Of a stretch of 64,000 bases of DNA, positions 17,817-28,302 are shown one piece after another. Each line of letters starts with the position of its first letter. Positions within the stretch are counted from its first letter, which is position 1. Under the pieces are notes generated by a model. That model searched no databases. It worked only from the letters and a program-made list of their open reading frames with translations, and had not been told where the DNA came from. The position numbers and the translations under genes are program-made. Source of the stretch: an uncultured Stakelama sp. (GTDB taxonomy: Bacteria > Pseudomonadota > Alphaproteobacteria > Sphingomonadales > Sphingomonadaceae). The DNA lies in contig CAZNQA010000003.1 in NCBI GenBank assembly GCA_964575105.1, forward strand, positions 2,158 to 66,157, read 5' to 3'.

Positions 17817-17852
17817 GAACAGGAGTAGAACACGCGCCGCAAACGCGGTCAA
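17817..17852 (-). promoter_or_regulatory. Sigma70 promoter (TTGACC) overlapped by an alphaproteobacterial LexA box GTTC-N7-GTTC
   Basis: Plus strand GAAC-AGGAGTA-GAAC at 17817-17831; TTGACC on the minus strand at 17852-17847. Confidence 0.6.
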
Positions 17853-17874
17853 CGGGATTTCGTTACGGCAGCGT

Positions 17875-18747
17875 TCAGAGCGTCCGCCCGAACAGGGCGA
17901 GCATCCGGCCCCATGCCTTGTCCGCCTGTGCCGCATCGTACACCCGGCTGTCGGGCGGGCACCAGCCGTGCTTGGTCCCGGCATAGACCTCGATTTCCGC
18001 AGGCAGCTTCGCCGCCGCAAAGTCCGCCCGCAGCGTGTCCTTGTCGGTCGGTGCGCGCTGGTCGTCATTCTCCGCGATCGCAATGAGATACGATGCCTTC
18101 ATCTGCGGGATGAGCTTGTCGGGCGAATCCGCCTCGGTCCCGACCAGCCCGCCGCCGTGGAAAGTCGCACCCGCCTTGATCCGCGCCGGAATCGCCGCAG
18201 CGGTCCGCATCACCATCGGCCCGCCCATGCAATAGCCAGTCGACGCCATCCCGCGCTTGCGGTCGACCTGCGGCTGTGAATCGAGGAAGCCGACGAACGC
18301 GGTCGCATCGCGCACCGTCCCCGCCGGGCTCAATGCCTTGGTGAACGGCATGATCTTCGCGCGCACTTCGGGCTGGTCGTACGATTCGCCGGGGGCAAGG
18401 AACGGCGCCCTGGTCGAGCGGTAGAATTGATTGACCACGAGCACCGCATAGCCCGATTGCGCGAGCCGATCCGCCATCTGCCGGAATGCCGGACGCAGCC
18501 CCATGATGTCGGGCCACATCAGCACCGCCGGATGTTTCCCCGTGGCGGGCGCGACGAAATAGGCGTCGGCGGTGCCGTCGGGAGTCTTCACGGTCACGTC
18601 GCGGCCCTTGATCGGCGCGGCATTGGCCGGCGCGGGCAGCAGCAGTGCAAGCCCGGCTGCCCCGCCCAGTGCGGCGAACTGTCGGCGTGAGATCGCGCCA
18701 TCGCCGAGAAACGCGTCGTTATCGGCTGCGGTATGCTCGTCGCACAT
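17875..18747 (-). CDS. Dienelactone hydrolase family protein with Tat signal
   Basis: SRRQF Tat motif, WPDIMGLR, GYCMGG, HGW. Confidence 0.9.
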   Translation of the reverse strand: MCDEHTAADNDAFLGDGAISRRQFAALGGAAGLALLLPAPANAAPIKGRDVTVKTPDGTADAYFVAPATGKHPAVLMWPDIMGLRPAFRQMADRLAQSGYAVLVVNQFYRSTRAPFLAPGESYDQPEVRAKIMPFTKALSPAGTVRDATAFVGFLDSQPQVDRKRGMASTGYCMGGPMVMRTAAAIPARIKAGATFHGGGLVGTEADSPDKLIPQMKASYLIAIAENDDQRAPTDKDTLRADFAAAKLPAEIEVYAGTKHGWCPPDSRVYDAAQADKAWGRMLALFGRTL

Positions 18748-18794
18748 GATGGCCTCTCCTGATTCGCCCGAAGTCGTTGACCAAAGCTAGCGAA

Positions 18795-19886
18795 TCACGC
18801 AGCCCGATACCACCGGACACCGTCGATCGTTTCGTGGACCGCGCGCTGCTCGACCTCTAGCCGCCGCAGATGCGCGAGCGCCTCGCCCGTCGCCATACCG
18901 AGCATGTCCGGCCCGATCGCGCGCCGGAACAGTCGCCCGAAACAATCGACCGCGCGGCGCGGTTCGGCAAGGAAGGCGTGGAGCTCGTCAAGCCGTTCGC
19001 GATGCTCGCGGTCCATTGCGTCGAGCCGCCGATGGAGCCCGGTGAACGGGTCGCCATGCCCGGGCAATACCAGCAGGTCGTCGGGCAACTGGCTCAGCCG
19101 CGCGATCGACTCGAACCATTCGCCGAGCGGGTCCGCGGTCGGTTCGGTCACGCCGAGCGAGACGTTGGGGCTGATCCGCGGAAGCACCTGGTCCCCCGCG
19201 ATCAGGACCTTGCCGACCGGATCGTACAGGCAGGCATGTTCCGGGCTGTGCCCCGATCCGACGACCACCTGCCACGCGACCCCGCCAATCGTCAGCGTGT
19301 CGCCATGCGCGATGCGAATGTAACCCAGCGGCAGCGGTATCACGATGCGCTGGAACCCCGCCCAGCCGCGCGCTTCGGCATGCGTGATCTGTGCGTCGTC
19401 CCACCCTGCCCCGCGCCAGAACGCGAGCATCTCCGGCGGGACTGCATCGCGCGCATCCGCGATCAGCATCCGCGCGGTCAGCCATTCGCCCCGCGTCATC
19501 ACCAGCGGCGCGGCGTGCCGGTCGCAAATCCAGCCCGCGAGCCCGATGTGATCGGGATGGAAATGCGTCCCGATCATCCGCGTCACCCGCACCCCCGCCA
19601 GTTCACCGCGCCACAGCGTCTTCCACGCGTCGCGTGCGTCGCTGGTGTTCATGCCGGTGTCGATCAGCGCGACGCCGTCGCCGCGATCATCATCGTCGTC
19701 CAGCAGCCAGCAATTGACGTGTCGCAACGGCCCAGGGATGTGCAGCCGGACCCAGCAGATCCCAGGCGCGACCGTCATCGCCGTTCCCTGTGCGGGCTCG
19801 CTGCCCCCGAAGGGATAGACCAGCCCTTTGTGGGTGGTCGGTTCGGGGGCCTGCTCGAGCAGGGCGACATCGGGTGCATCGGACAT
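18795..19886 (-). CDS. MBL-fold metallo-hydrolase
   Basis: THFHPDHIG, GHSPEH, LPGHG. Confidence 0.9.
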   Translation of the reverse strand: MSDAPDVALLEQAPEPTTHKGLVYPFGGSEPAQGTAMTVAPGICWVRLHIPGPLRHVNCWLLDDDDDRGDGVALIDTGMNTSDARDAWKTLWRGELAGVRVTRMIGTHFHPDHIGLAGWICDRHAAPLVMTRGEWLTARMLIADARDAVPPEMLAFWRGAGWDDAQITHAEARGWAGFQRIVIPLPLGYIRIAHGDTLTIGGVAWQVVVGSGHSPEHACLYDPVGKVLIAGDQVLPRISPNVSLGVTEPTADPLGEWFESIARLSQLPDDLLVLPGHGDPFTGLHRRLDAMDREHRERLDELHAFLAEPRRAVDCFGRLFRRAIGPDMLGMATGEALAHLRRLEVEQRAVHETIDGVRWYRAA

Positions 19887-19918
19887 AAGTTGCAAGTAAC
19901 AACGCGATCCGCGCCAAG

Positions 19919-20581
19919 TCACGCGCTATGTGCGGCCGCAGTCTCGCCGAGCACCAGCGTCGCGATCTGTGCCGGGGTCTCGAACGCGAGGTCGGGGCGC
20001 ATCGCCAACAGCGCGGTCGGATGCGCATAGCCCCACAGGACCGACCCGCACGCAATCCCGACCTTGCGCGCCGCGACGATATCGCGGGTCTCGTCGCCGA
20101 TCGACAGCACATCGCCACGCGGCATCCCGCTCCGCCGCAATACGCGACGATAGCAGCGCGCCTTGCCGAACAGCGACGCGCCACACTCGAGCCAGTCGAA
20201 CGAATCCACCGTTGGTCCGAGGATCGCGCGGACGTTATGCTCGGCGTTGGAAGTGACCAGCGCCAGCCGAACCCCGCCGTGCCGCAGGTCGCCGAGCATC
20301 GGCACGATTCCGTCGAACACTGCGATCCGGTCGGTCTGCTGCGCGAGCAAGGCGTGGAGATACCGTGCCATCGCGGGGAGTTTCCAGCGCGGGATGCCGA
20401 GCTGGCGGATCACCTCGCGCGTGGTCTTGCCGCGGAGCGCCTCGACCTCCTCGGGGAAAACGCGGCGGAACCTGAACCGCTCGGCGAGATGATCGACGGT
20501 CGAGAGGAACCAGTCGCCGCTATCGGCCAGCGTCCCGTCGAAATCGAAGATCACCAGACGATAGCGCGGATCCCCCATCAC
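19919..20581 (-). CDS. HAD-family phosphatase (Gph-like)
   Basis: FDFDGTLAD motif I, TSN, GDETRD. Confidence 0.88.
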   Translation of the reverse strand: MMGDPRYRLVIFDFDGTLADSGDWFLSTVDHLAERFRFRRVFPEEVEALRGKTTREVIRQLGIPRWKLPAMARYLHALLAQQTDRIAVFDGIVPMLGDLRHGGVRLALVTSNAEHNVRAILGPTVDSFDWLECGASLFGKARCYRRVLRRSGMPRGDVLSIGDETRDIVAARKVGIACGSVLWGYAHPTALLAMRPDLAFETPAQIATLVLGETAAAHSA

Positions 20582-20632
20582 GCCGTGCTCCTGCGGTGGC
20601 TGACGACGTTCGGGAGCACCGCCTCCCGTTCG

Positions 20633-21133
20633 TTACGGTTTACGCTTCCGCTTGCCGGTGTCCACCGGGCGCAATCCGCTGCGGATCGTCAGCAGCTCGG
20701 CGCGGGTCACCATGCCGTCGCGGTCGAGATCGAACCGTGCGAACAGCCGCCCGAATTCTTCCTGCAATTCCAGAACCGTGATTCGATTGTCCTGGTTGGC
20801 ATCGACCCCGAACGGGCTCGGCAGCGCGTTGCGATCCCCGAGCCACAACAACGCCCAGTCGGCATAACCGATATAGCCGATCGTCCCACTGCTCGCGGTG
20901 TCGATCCGCGCGAAGCTCCGCGCGACGCACGGATCGAGTTCGGCGCGGGTGGTGCGGCCGTCGGCATTCTGGTCGCACGCGGCGATGAACAAAGCGGCGG
21001 GCTCGGCGACGATCGTCGCGGTCGGTTGCGCAGGCGCGACCGGCGCGGCGATGGCGGGCGGAGCGGTCTGCGTGCCGGCGCTTCCCCCGGCGAGGACGCC
21101 CAATCCCAATATCGCGGCAACGACCAGACGCAT
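20633..21133 (-). CDS. Exported EF-hand domain protein
   Basis: Signal peptide; EF loops DQNADGRTTRAE, DANQDNRITVLE, DLDRDGMVTRAE; starts just after the queA stop. Confidence 0.8.
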   Translation of the reverse strand: MRLVVAAILGLGVLAGGSAGTQTAPPAIAAPVAPAQPTATIVAEPAALFIAACDQNADGRTTRAELDPCVARSFARIDTASSGTIGYIGYADWALLWLGDRNALPSPFGVDANQDNRITVLELQEEFGRLFARFDLDRDGMVTRAELLTIRSGLRPVDTGKRKRKP

Positions 21134-21135
21134 TC

Positions 21136-22170
21136 TCAGTCCCTCGACGGCAGCAGCAGACTGGCATCGCCATAGCTGTAGAAACGATAGCCGTCTTCGA
21201 TCGCATGCGCATAAGCGGCCTGCATCCGCTCGATCCCCATCAGCGCGCTGACGAGCATGAACAGCGTCGAACGGGGCAGATGGAAATTGGTCATCAGCCC
21301 GTCGATCCCCTTGAAGCGATAGCCCGGCGTGATGAAGATCGCGGTATCCCCCTCGAACGCGCGGATCTGCCCGGTCGCGTCGGCGGCGCTCTCGATCAGG
21401 CGGAGGCTGGTCGTGCCGACCGCGATCACACGGCCACCATTCGCACGCACCGCATTGAGACGATCGGCGGTGGCGGCGTCGATCCGGCCCCATTCGGCGT
21501 GCATCCGGTGCCGCGTGGTGTCGTCCGCCTTCACGGGCAGGAACGTCCCCGCGCCGACGTGCAACGTCAGCGTTGCATGCTCGATCCCCTCCGCCGCGAG
21601 CCGTTCGAGCAGTTCCGGCGTGAAGTGCAGCGCAGCGGTCGGTGCGGCGACTGCGCCCTTTTCCGCCGCGAACATCGTCTGGTAATCGTCCTGGTCCTGC
21701 GCATCGGCCGGCCGGCGTGCGGCGATATAGGGCGGGAGCGGCATCCGCCCCGCGCGCTCAAGCAACAGTTCGACCGGCTCGTCACCCTCAAAGTCGAGCG
21801 CGAAGCTGCCGTCGTCGCCGCGGTCGCGCGCGCGGGCGATCACGCCTTCGCCGAAATCGATCGCATCGTCCTGCTTGAGCCGCCGCGCATTGCGGATGAA
21901 CGCGCGCCAGCGACGTGGCCCCTCGCGCTTGTGGAGCGTCGCGCCGATCTTCGAATCGCCGCGCCGCCCCTCGAGCTGGGCGGGGATCACGCGGGTATCG
22001 TTGAACACGAGCAGATCGCCCGCGCGCAACAGGTCCGGCAAAGCCGAAACCGAGAGGTCCCGCGAATCCGCGCCGTCCAGCAGCAGCAGCCGCGCGGCAT
22101 CGCGCGGCACGGCGGGGCGCAGCGCGATCCGCTCGGGCGGCAGCGCGAAATCGAACAGGTCGACCTTCAT
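21136..22170 (-). CDS. queA: S-adenosylmethionine:tRNA ribosyltransferase-isomerase
   Basis: [45 protein letters not shown]. Confidence 0.97.
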   Translation of the reverse strand: MKVDLFDFALPPERIALRPAVPRDAARLLLLDGADSRDLSVSALPDLLRAGDLLVFNDTRVIPAQLEGRRGDSKIGATLHKREGPRRWRAFIRNARRLKQDDAIDFGEGVIARARDRGDDGSFALDFEGDEPVELLLERAGRMPLPPYIAARRPADAQDQDDYQTMFAAEKGAVAAPTAALHFTPELLERLAAEGIEHATLTLHVGAGTFLPVKADDTTRHRMHAEWGRIDAATADRLNAVRANGGRVIAVGTTSLRLIESAADATGQIRAFEGDTAIFITPGYRFKGIDGLMTNFHLPRSTLFMLVSALMGIERMQAAYAHAIEDGYRFYSYGDASLLLPSRD

Positions 22171-22204
22171 GACGCTCCTCTTCCGCGCCGTAACGGCTGG
22201 CGGA

Positions 22205-22960
22205 TTATGCCGCCTTCTTGCGCGGGGCCGAAGCGGGCTTCGCGCGCGGCGGAAGCTTCAGCGTCGGCACGGGCGTTGGCGCTGCAGCGGGTGCCGGGGG
22301 CGCGGGGACATAAGCGGGCGGATTGTCGCTTCCGAGATAAGCGTGGAGGATCCGCGACGGGGCCGTCGGCGGCTCGCCGCGCGCAACCGCGTCGACATAG
22401 TCCATCCCCGAGATCACGCGGCCGAACACGGTGTACTTCTTGTCGAGCTTCATTGTCGGGTTGAAGACGATGAAGAACTGGCTGTTCGCACTGTTCTCGG
22501 CCTTGGTGACCTCCTCGACCGTAGCGCCCTCGGCCGCGCCCTCACGCGCCGCCGACACCGCACCGCGAACATGCGGCAGGTAGTTGAACTCAGCGGGAAC
22601 GTTGGGGAGGGTCGAGCCGCCGGTGCCGTCACCCTTGGGGTCGCCGGTCTGCGCCATGAACCCCTCGATCACGCGGTGGAACAACAGACCATCGTAAAAA
22701 TGCTGGCTCGTCAGCAGCTTGACGCGCTCGACCATCTTGGGCGCAACGTCCGGACGCAGCCAGATCACGACACGACCGCCGGTCGACAGGTCGAGATACC
22801 ACAGGTTCGCGGGGTCGGTGACCGATGGCACCGGCAGGCGGTCAGTGGTCACGACCTTGGCGTCCTTGACCTCGACCTTGTCCTTTTTCTTGTCGGCAAA
22901 GGCGGGGCCGGAAACCAGCGCGAGGATGAAGGCAAGAAGGGTGGCAACGAAACGCATCAT
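22205..22960 (-). CDS. Cyclophilin-type peptidyl-prolyl isomerase, exported
   Basis: [31 protein letters not shown]; signal peptide. Confidence 0.92.
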   Translation of the reverse strand: MMRFVATLLAFILALVSGPAFADKKKDKVEVKDAKVVTTDRLPVPSVTDPANLWYLDLSTGGRVVIWLRPDVAPKMVERVKLLTSQHFYDGLLFHRVIEGFMAQTGDPKGDGTGGSTLPNVPAEFNYLPHVRGAVSAAREGAAEGATVEEVTKAENSANSQFFIVFNPTMKLDKKYTVFGRVISGMDYVDAVARGEPPTAPSRILHAYLGSDNPPAYVPAPPAPAAAPTPVPTLKLPPRAKPASAPRKKAA

Positions 22961-23101
22961 GTCCCCGCGGAAAAGCTCGGTGGAAGGTCGCTTAGACCAA
23001 GTCGTCGCTTGCGCCAACGTGAACGTCGGTGCGGCAGTGTCGTGGCAGATGCCGTGCGAAAGCGACCATATTGAGGCCGCCTCCCATATCAGGGCCCGGT
23101 A

Positions 23102-23626
23102 TCAGGGACGGGCGCGATGCGCCTCGCCCTTGCGGCCGATCCTGTCGACTCGCTCGGCCACTTCAACGGCGACCGCAGGCGTGACGAACCGGTTGATCGG
23201 CCCGCCGTACAGCGCGATTTCCTTGACCAGCCGGCTCGCGATCGGCTGGAGCGAGACGTCCGCCATCAGGAACACCGTCTCGACCCGCGGATTGATCTGC
23301 TGGTTCATGCCGGCCATCTGATATTCGTACTCGAAATCGGCGACCGCGCGCAGCCCGCGGACGATGACCTTCGCCCCCTCGCGTTCGGCGAAGTCCATCA
23401 GCAGCGAATCGAAGCTGACGACGTGAATCTCCCCTTCGACCCCCTCGACCTCGCGCTGGACCATCGCCATCCGCTCGTCGATCGTGAACATCGGCGACTT
23501 GGACGGGTTGGTCGTGACGCCGATCACAAGCCGGTCGACCAGCTTCGCACCGCGCCGGATGATGTCCATGTGCCCGAGCGTCACCGGATCGAAGGTGCCG
23601 GGGTAGACCCCGGTGCGGATCGTCAC
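23102..23626 (-). CDS. coaD: Pantetheine-phosphate adenylyltransferase
   Basis: YPGTFDPVTLGHMDII, RGLRAVADFEYE. Confidence 0.97.
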   Translation of the reverse strand: MTIRTGVYPGTFDPVTLGHMDIIRRGAKLVDRLVIGVTTNPSKSPMFTIDERMAMVQREVEGVEGEIHVVSFDSLLMDFAEREGAKVIVRGLRAVADFEYEYQMAGMNQQINPRVETVFLMADVSLQPIASRLVKEIALYGGPINRFVTPAVAVEVAERVDRIGRKGEAHRARP

Positions 23627-24522
23627 CGATCGCGCTCGAGCGTGAACCGGGCAATTTCGCGCAACAGGTCGGCCTCGGGGCCATAATGCTTGAGATGGTC
23701 GATCGCCTGGTCGACCAGCATCCGCGCCTGTTCGCGCGCCCGCGGCAGGCCGAGCAATGAAAGGAAGGTCTCCTTCCCCGCGCCTGCATCCTTGTGGAGC
23801 TTCTTGCCGACCGCGGCCTCGTCGCCCTCGACGTCGAGGATGTCGTCGGCGATCTGGAACGCCAGCCCGAGGTCGCGTGCATAGCCGCGCAGGCCGGTGC
23901 GCCCTTCGGGTGGCAGCTTGCCGAGGATCGCGCCCGCCTCGACCGAACAGGCGATCAGCGCGCCGGTCTTCATCGCCTGCAACCGCGTGACGGTCGGCAG
24001 GTCGAAGGTCGATTTCTCCGCCTCGAGGTCCATCGCCTGACCGCCTGCCATGCCCGCGGGGCCGGCCGCGCGCGCGAGGTCGAGCACGAGTTCGCTGCGG
24101 ACGAACGGATCGGCATGGGTCGCGGGATCGGAAAGGATCTCAAACGCGAGCGCGTGGAGGCAATCGCCCGCGAGGATCGCAGTGGCTTCGTCGAACGCCT
24201 TGTGGACGGTCGGCTTGCCACGCCGCATGTCGTCATTGTCCATTGCGGGCAAATCGTCGTGGATCAGCGAATAGACGTGGACGCACTCGATCGCCATGCC
24301 CGCGCGCCCGACACAGTCGCGGTCGACCGCGAACAGGCGGCCGGTCGCCATCACCAGCAACGGGCGAAGGCGCTTCCCCCCGCCGATCGCGGCGTGGCGC
24401 ATCGCGCGATACAGCGGTGCCCGCGCATCGTCGGGAACCGCTATCAGCGAATCAAGCCGGGTGTCGATGTCGGTGCCGACGTCGACCAAGGCGTCGGCGA
24501 GCGACAAAGGCGCGCTGCTCAT
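23623..24522 (-). CDS. ispA: Farnesyl diphosphate synthase / polyprenyl synthetase
   Basis: GGKRLRP, IHDDLPAMD, RRGKPT, FQIADDILD; follows xseB. Confidence 0.92.
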   Translation of the reverse strand: MSSAPLSLADALVDVGTDIDTRLDSLIAVPDDARAPLYRAMRHAAIGGGKRLRPLLVMATGRLFAVDRDCVGRAGMAIECVHVYSLIHDDLPAMDNDDMRRGKPTVHKAFDEATAILAGDCLHALAFEILSDPATHADPFVRSELVLDLARAAGPAGMAGGQAMDLEAEKSTFDLPTVTRLQAMKTGALIACSVEAGAILGKLPPEGRTGLRGYARDLGLAFQIADDILDVEGDEAAVGKKLHKDAGAGKETFLSLLGLPRAREQARMLVDQAIDHLKHYGPEADLLREIARFTLERDR

Positions 24523-24526
24523 CGGC

Positions 24527-24766
24527 TCAGACTGCCGCAAAGGGCTGCGTGCCGATGGCCCGCCCCTCGCTGTCGGTCCGGATCGCCTCGATCCGTGCCT
24601 GCGCCGCATTGAGACGGTCGTCGCAACGACGCCGCAGCTTGTCGCCACGTTCGTAGAGCGCGATCGCCTGATCCAGCGGCGCGTCGCCGCTTTCGAGCCT
24701 CGACACGATCCCCTCCAGTTCCTTCAACGCCGCTTCGAACGTCAGCTCTTCGATCGGTATATCCAT
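24527..24766 (-). CDS. xseB: Exodeoxyribonuclease VII small subunit
   Basis: TFEAALKELEGIVSRLESGDAPLDQAIALYERG; end of the long shadow ORF 24527-26188. Confidence 0.93.
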   Translation of the reverse strand: MDIPIEELTFEAALKELEGIVSRLESGDAPLDQAIALYERGDKLRRRCDDRLNAAQARIEAIRTDSEGRAIGTQPFAAV

Positions 24767-24874
24767 GAGCAACCTATGCGGCAGGCAAGCGACGGGGGTC
24801 AAGGATACGTCGCCAAGACTTTGCGTTTGATGACAGCATTCCCATCTCCAGGTTTCCCCGCAGGAGCGATTCCC

Positions 24875-26221
24875 ATGTTTACCAGTATCAACCCCGCCAC
24901 CGGCGCGCCCGGTGAGAGCTACCCCGAGCTGACCGGGGACGAGATCGAGACCAAGGTCGCGCGCGCCGAAGCGACGTTTCGCGAGTGGCGGCTGACCGAT
25001 GTCGCCACGCGCGCCGCGTTGCTCGAGAAGATCGCCGAGCAGTTCGATGCCAATGCGCACCGGCTCGCCGAGATCGCCACACGCGAAATGGGCAAGACGC
25101 TCAAGTCCGCGCTCGCCGAGGTCGAGAAATGCGCCGCCGCGTTCCGCCACTATGCGCAGGAGGGCCCCGCGATGCTCGAACCGCGCGCGTTCCCGAACGC
25201 GACCGCGACGTGGCACCCGATGGGGCCGGTGCTCGCGGTGATGCCGTGGAACTTCCCCTATTGGCAGGTGGTGCGCTTCATGGCGCCGACGATCCTCGCG
25301 GGGAATGTCGGGTTGCTCAAGCACGCTTCGAACGTCCAGGGCTGCGGTGCCGCGCTGGAGGAAATGGTGATCGCGGCGGGCGGCCCGGCGGGACTGTTTC
25401 AGAACCTCGCGATCAAGTCGGACAAGGTCGCGGGCCTGATCGCCGACGACCGGATCGTCGCGGTGACGCTGACCGGGAGCGAAGGCGCTGGCATGAAGGT
25501 CGCGGAAGCCGCGGGGCGCGCGCTCAAGAAGGTCGTGCTCGAGCTCGGCGGGTCCGATCCGTTCATCGTGATGCCCTCGGCGGATCTCGACGAGGCGGTC
25601 AAGCAGGCGGTCACCGCGCGGGTGCAGAACACCGGCCAGTCGTGCATTTGCGCCAAGCGGATGATCGTCCACGCCGATATCTACGACGCGTTCCTTGAGA
25701 AGTTCTCGGCGGGGATGCAGGCGGTGGTCGCGGGCGACCCGCTCGATCCGGACAGCACGATGGGGCCGCTGTCGAGCGAGGAGCAGCGGCAGACCGTGCT
25801 CGGCCAGTTGAAACTGTTCGAGCAGGCGGGGGCGAAGCTGTTGTTCGGCGGCGAGGCGCTTCCTGGCAAGGGGGCGTATATGTCGGCGGGGATCCTGGTC
25901 GACGTGCCGCTCGACGATGCGGTCGCGCATGAGGAACTGTTCGGGCCGATCGCGATGCTGTTCAAGGCGGACGATCTCGATTCGGCGATCGCGCTGGCGA
26001 ATGCGGTGCCGTTCGGGCTGGGCTCGTCGGTATGGACCAACGATGCGGATGAGCGTGCGCGATTCGAGCGCGATCTCGAGGTCGGCATGATCGCGGTCAA
26101 CGCAATGCTCGCGTCGTCGCCGGAAGCGCCGTTCGGCGGGGTCAAGCGGTCGGGCCACGGCCGCGAGCTCGGGCCGTACGGGTTGCATGAGTTCATGAAC
26201 CTGAAGACCGTGATCGGGTAA
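24875..26221 (+). CDS. NAD(P)-dependent succinate-semialdehyde dehydrogenase-like (Sad/GabD family)
   Basis: SINPATG start with AGGAG RBS, MPWNFPYWQ, LELGGSDP, GQSC, EELFGP. Confidence 0.88.
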   Translation: MFTSINPATGAPGESYPELTGDEIETKVARAEATFREWRLTDVATRAALLEKIAEQFDANAHRLAEIATREMGKTLKSALAEVEKCAAAFRHYAQEGPAMLEPRAFPNATATWHPMGPVLAVMPWNFPYWQVVRFMAPTILAGNVGLLKHASNVQGCGAALEEMVIAAGGPAGLFQNLAIKSDKVAGLIADDRIVAVTLTGSEGAGMKVAEAAGRALKKVVLELGGSDPFIVMPSADLDEAVKQAVTARVQNTGQSCICAKRMIVHADIYDAFLEKFSAGMQAVVAGDPLDPDSTMGPLSSEEQRQTVLGQLKLFEQAGAKLLFGGEALPGKGAYMSAGILVDVPLDDAVAHEELFGPIAMLFKADDLDSAIALANAVPFGLGSSVWTNDADERARFERDLEVGMIAVNAMLASSPEAPFGGVKRSGHGRELGPYGLHEFMNLKTVIG

Positions 26222-26232
26222 GCTTCTAGTTT

Positions 26233-26339
26233 AAGCCCCTCCCCTTCAGGGGAGGGGTTGGGGTGGGGAAGTCCAGTAGAGCGAGTTCTCGATGAGACAC
26301 TGCCCCACCCCCAACCCCTCCCCTGAAGGGGAGGGGCTT
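26233..26339. repeat. Intergenic palindromic element, family B (double hairpin)
   Basis: Arms AAGCCCCTCCCCTTCAGGGGAGGGGTTGGGGTGGGG and its near-perfect reverse complement at 26303-26339. Confidence 0.88.
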
Positions 26340-26349
26340 TGCGAGTAAA

Positions 26350-27402
26350 TTACTTCAGCGCCGCCAGCACCGCATCGCCCATCTGCGCGGTCGTCAGCGC
26401 GCCGCCCAGATCCATCGTCCGTGCACCACCGGCGATCGCGGCCTTCACCGCCAGCTCGATCCGCTCGGCCGAGGCGTCGTCCGACAGCGAATGCCGCAGC
26501 AACAGCGCCGCCGACAGGATCGCCGCGCACGGGTTTGCCTTGCCCTGCCCCGCGATATCGGGCGCCGACCCGTGGATCGGCTCGTACAGCCCGCACGACC
26601 CCTGCCAGTCGTTGAGCGACGCCGACGGCAGCATCCCGATCGACCCGACGCACATGCTCGCCTGGTCGGACAGGATGTCGCCGAACAGGTTGCTCGTCAC
26701 GATCACGTCGAACGCGCCCGGGTTGCGCACCAGCTGCATCGCGGCATTGTCGACATACATGTGCGTCAGCTTGACCTCGGCATAATCGCGCGCGATCTCG
26801 TTGACGATCTCGCGCCACAGCTGCGACGTCTCAAGCACGTTCGCCTTGTCGACCGAGGTCAGCTTGCGGCTGCGCCGCGCCGCCATCTCGAACCCGACGC
26901 GGACGATCCGCGCGATCTCGACCTCGTCGTACCGCATCATGTCATGCGCCTCGCGGAGGCCAGTGTGCGTGAAGCCGCGACTCTTGTCGCCGAAATAGAC
27001 GTCGCCGGTCAGCTCGCGGACGATCACCATGTCGATCGCGCGCGCGATCTCGGGGCGGAGCGCGGACGAATCCTCGAGCCCGGGGAGCATCGTCGCTGGC
27101 CGAATGTTCGCGAACAGGCCGAGTTCCTTGCGCAGGCCGAGGATCGCCTGCTCGGGCCGCACCGACCGCTCGAGCCCGTCCATGTCGGGATCGCCGACCG
27201 CGCCGAACAGGATCGCGTCCGCGCGTCGCGCCAGATCGAGCGTCTCGGGCGGGAGCGGATGGCTAGTCTTGCGATAGGCAGCACCCCCGACGAGGCCGTC
27301 CTCGAAACTGAGGTCGAGCCCGAGCGCCTCGAGCACGCGGCGCGCCTCGTGCGTGACTTCGGGGCCGATGCCGTCTCCGGCGAGGATTGCGATCAGTGCC
27401 AT
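26350..27402 (-). CDS. leuB: 3-isopropylmalate dehydrogenase
   Basis: [45 protein letters not shown]. Confidence 0.96.
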   Translation of the reverse strand: MALIAILAGDGIGPEVTHEARRVLEALGLDLSFEDGLVGGAAYRKTSHPLPPETLDLARRADAILFGAVGDPDMDGLERSVRPEQAILGLRKELGLFANIRPATMLPGLEDSSALRPEIARAIDMVIVRELTGDVYFGDKSRGFTHTGLREAHDMMRYDEVEIARIVRVGFEMAARRSRKLTSVDKANVLETSQLWREIVNEIARDYAEVKLTHMYVDNAAMQLVRNPGAFDVIVTSNLFGDILSDQASMCVGSIGMLPSASLNDWQGSCGLYEPIHGSAPDIAGQGKANPCAAILSAALLLRHSLSDDASAERIELAVKAAIAGGARTMDLGGALTTAQMGDAVLAALK

Positions 27403-27454
27403 TTTCCGTCCCGATCCGTGTTTTGAAGGCGCGGCCATGCCGACCCTTGGCGAA

Positions 27455-28081
27455 TCACGCAACCGCCCTTTTGAGCCGATCGACCAGCCGCGCGCGTGCC
27501 TCGAGCGTCACCGCACGACGATCGACCAGGATTTGCGCGGCCAGCGCCTCCCCCAGGACGCGCAGCGCGACGAAGACATCGGGCCAGTCGTTCGCCGCGG
27601 GATCGGTCAGCGCGGACGGCAGCACATCCTCGTCGAGCCCATAGCCGAGTTCGGCGAGCAGCAGTTGCTCGTAGCGCGCGAGCGTCAACGCCCAGCCGCG
27701 CGCGGCAGGGGCGAACGCGATCGCCTCGATCACCGCGTCGAGCGCGAGATAGATCCGTGGATAGGGCAACGCCTCGGGCAACGCCGCCGCGGTCAGCGCG
27801 GTAACCCATTCGAGCGCCAGCGCCGGGAGCGGCTCGGCGTACAGCGGCGCGCGACTGGTAACGAGTTCGACCGTCAGGCTGGCAAGCTGGTCGTCGGTGC
27901 GCGCGCGCCATTCGCCCATTACGCGGTTGGCGGGCTGCAGGATCGGCCGGATCCGGCTCGACCGCCCGCCACGGACATAGCCCGCCTGCAGGCCGTCGTC
28001 GGGGGTCAGCGAACGGACGATCGCGCCATGCTCGCCGTGGTGGCGGACGCCGAGGATCAGGGCTTGGGTGCGCAGGTGCAT
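27455..28081 (-). CDS. recO: DNA repair protein RecO
   Basis: [10 protein letters not shown]...G...GYVRGG N-terminal OB-fold pattern; order recO-leuB. Confidence 0.88.
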   Translation of the reverse strand: MHLRTQALILGVRHHGEHGAIVRSLTPDDGLQAGYVRGGRSSRIRPILQPANRVMGEWRARTDDQLASLTVELVTSRAPLYAEPLPALALEWVTALTAAALPEALPYPRIYLALDAVIEAIAFAPAARGWALTLARYEQLLLAELGYGLDEDVLPSALTDPAANDWPDVFVALRVLGEALAAQILVDRRAVTLEARARLVDRLKRAVA

Positions 28082-28164
28082 CGCGGGGGTGTAGCCTGTG
28101 GTCCGCGCTGAGGGAACGGCGGGGGGATCAGTCCGCCTCCCCTCGTTCCGCTCCCCCCTCGCTC

Positions 28165-28271
28165 CGCTTCCCCGGCGAAGGCCGGGGCCTGGTAGGAGAC
28201 AGAAGAATACCGCCGCTGTGCCCGATTACCAAAACCTGCGCAACTGAGCCCCGGCCGTCGCCGGGGAAGCG
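28165..28271. repeat. Intergenic palindromic element, family C (double hairpin)
   Basis: CGCTTCCCCGGCGAAGGCCGGGGC / GCCCCGGCCGTCGCCGGGGAAGCG with 1 mismatch. Confidence 0.85.
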
Positions 28272-28302
28272 CAGTACGGGAGGGGATCGAACAGCCCGCC
28301 CC

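Noticed and set aside
24296-24874. N-terminal extension of the aldehyde dehydrogenase ORF, and the 553-aa ORF ending in xseB
   Set aside because: Overlap ispA/xseB; the real starts with RBS are at 24875 and 24766; not fusions
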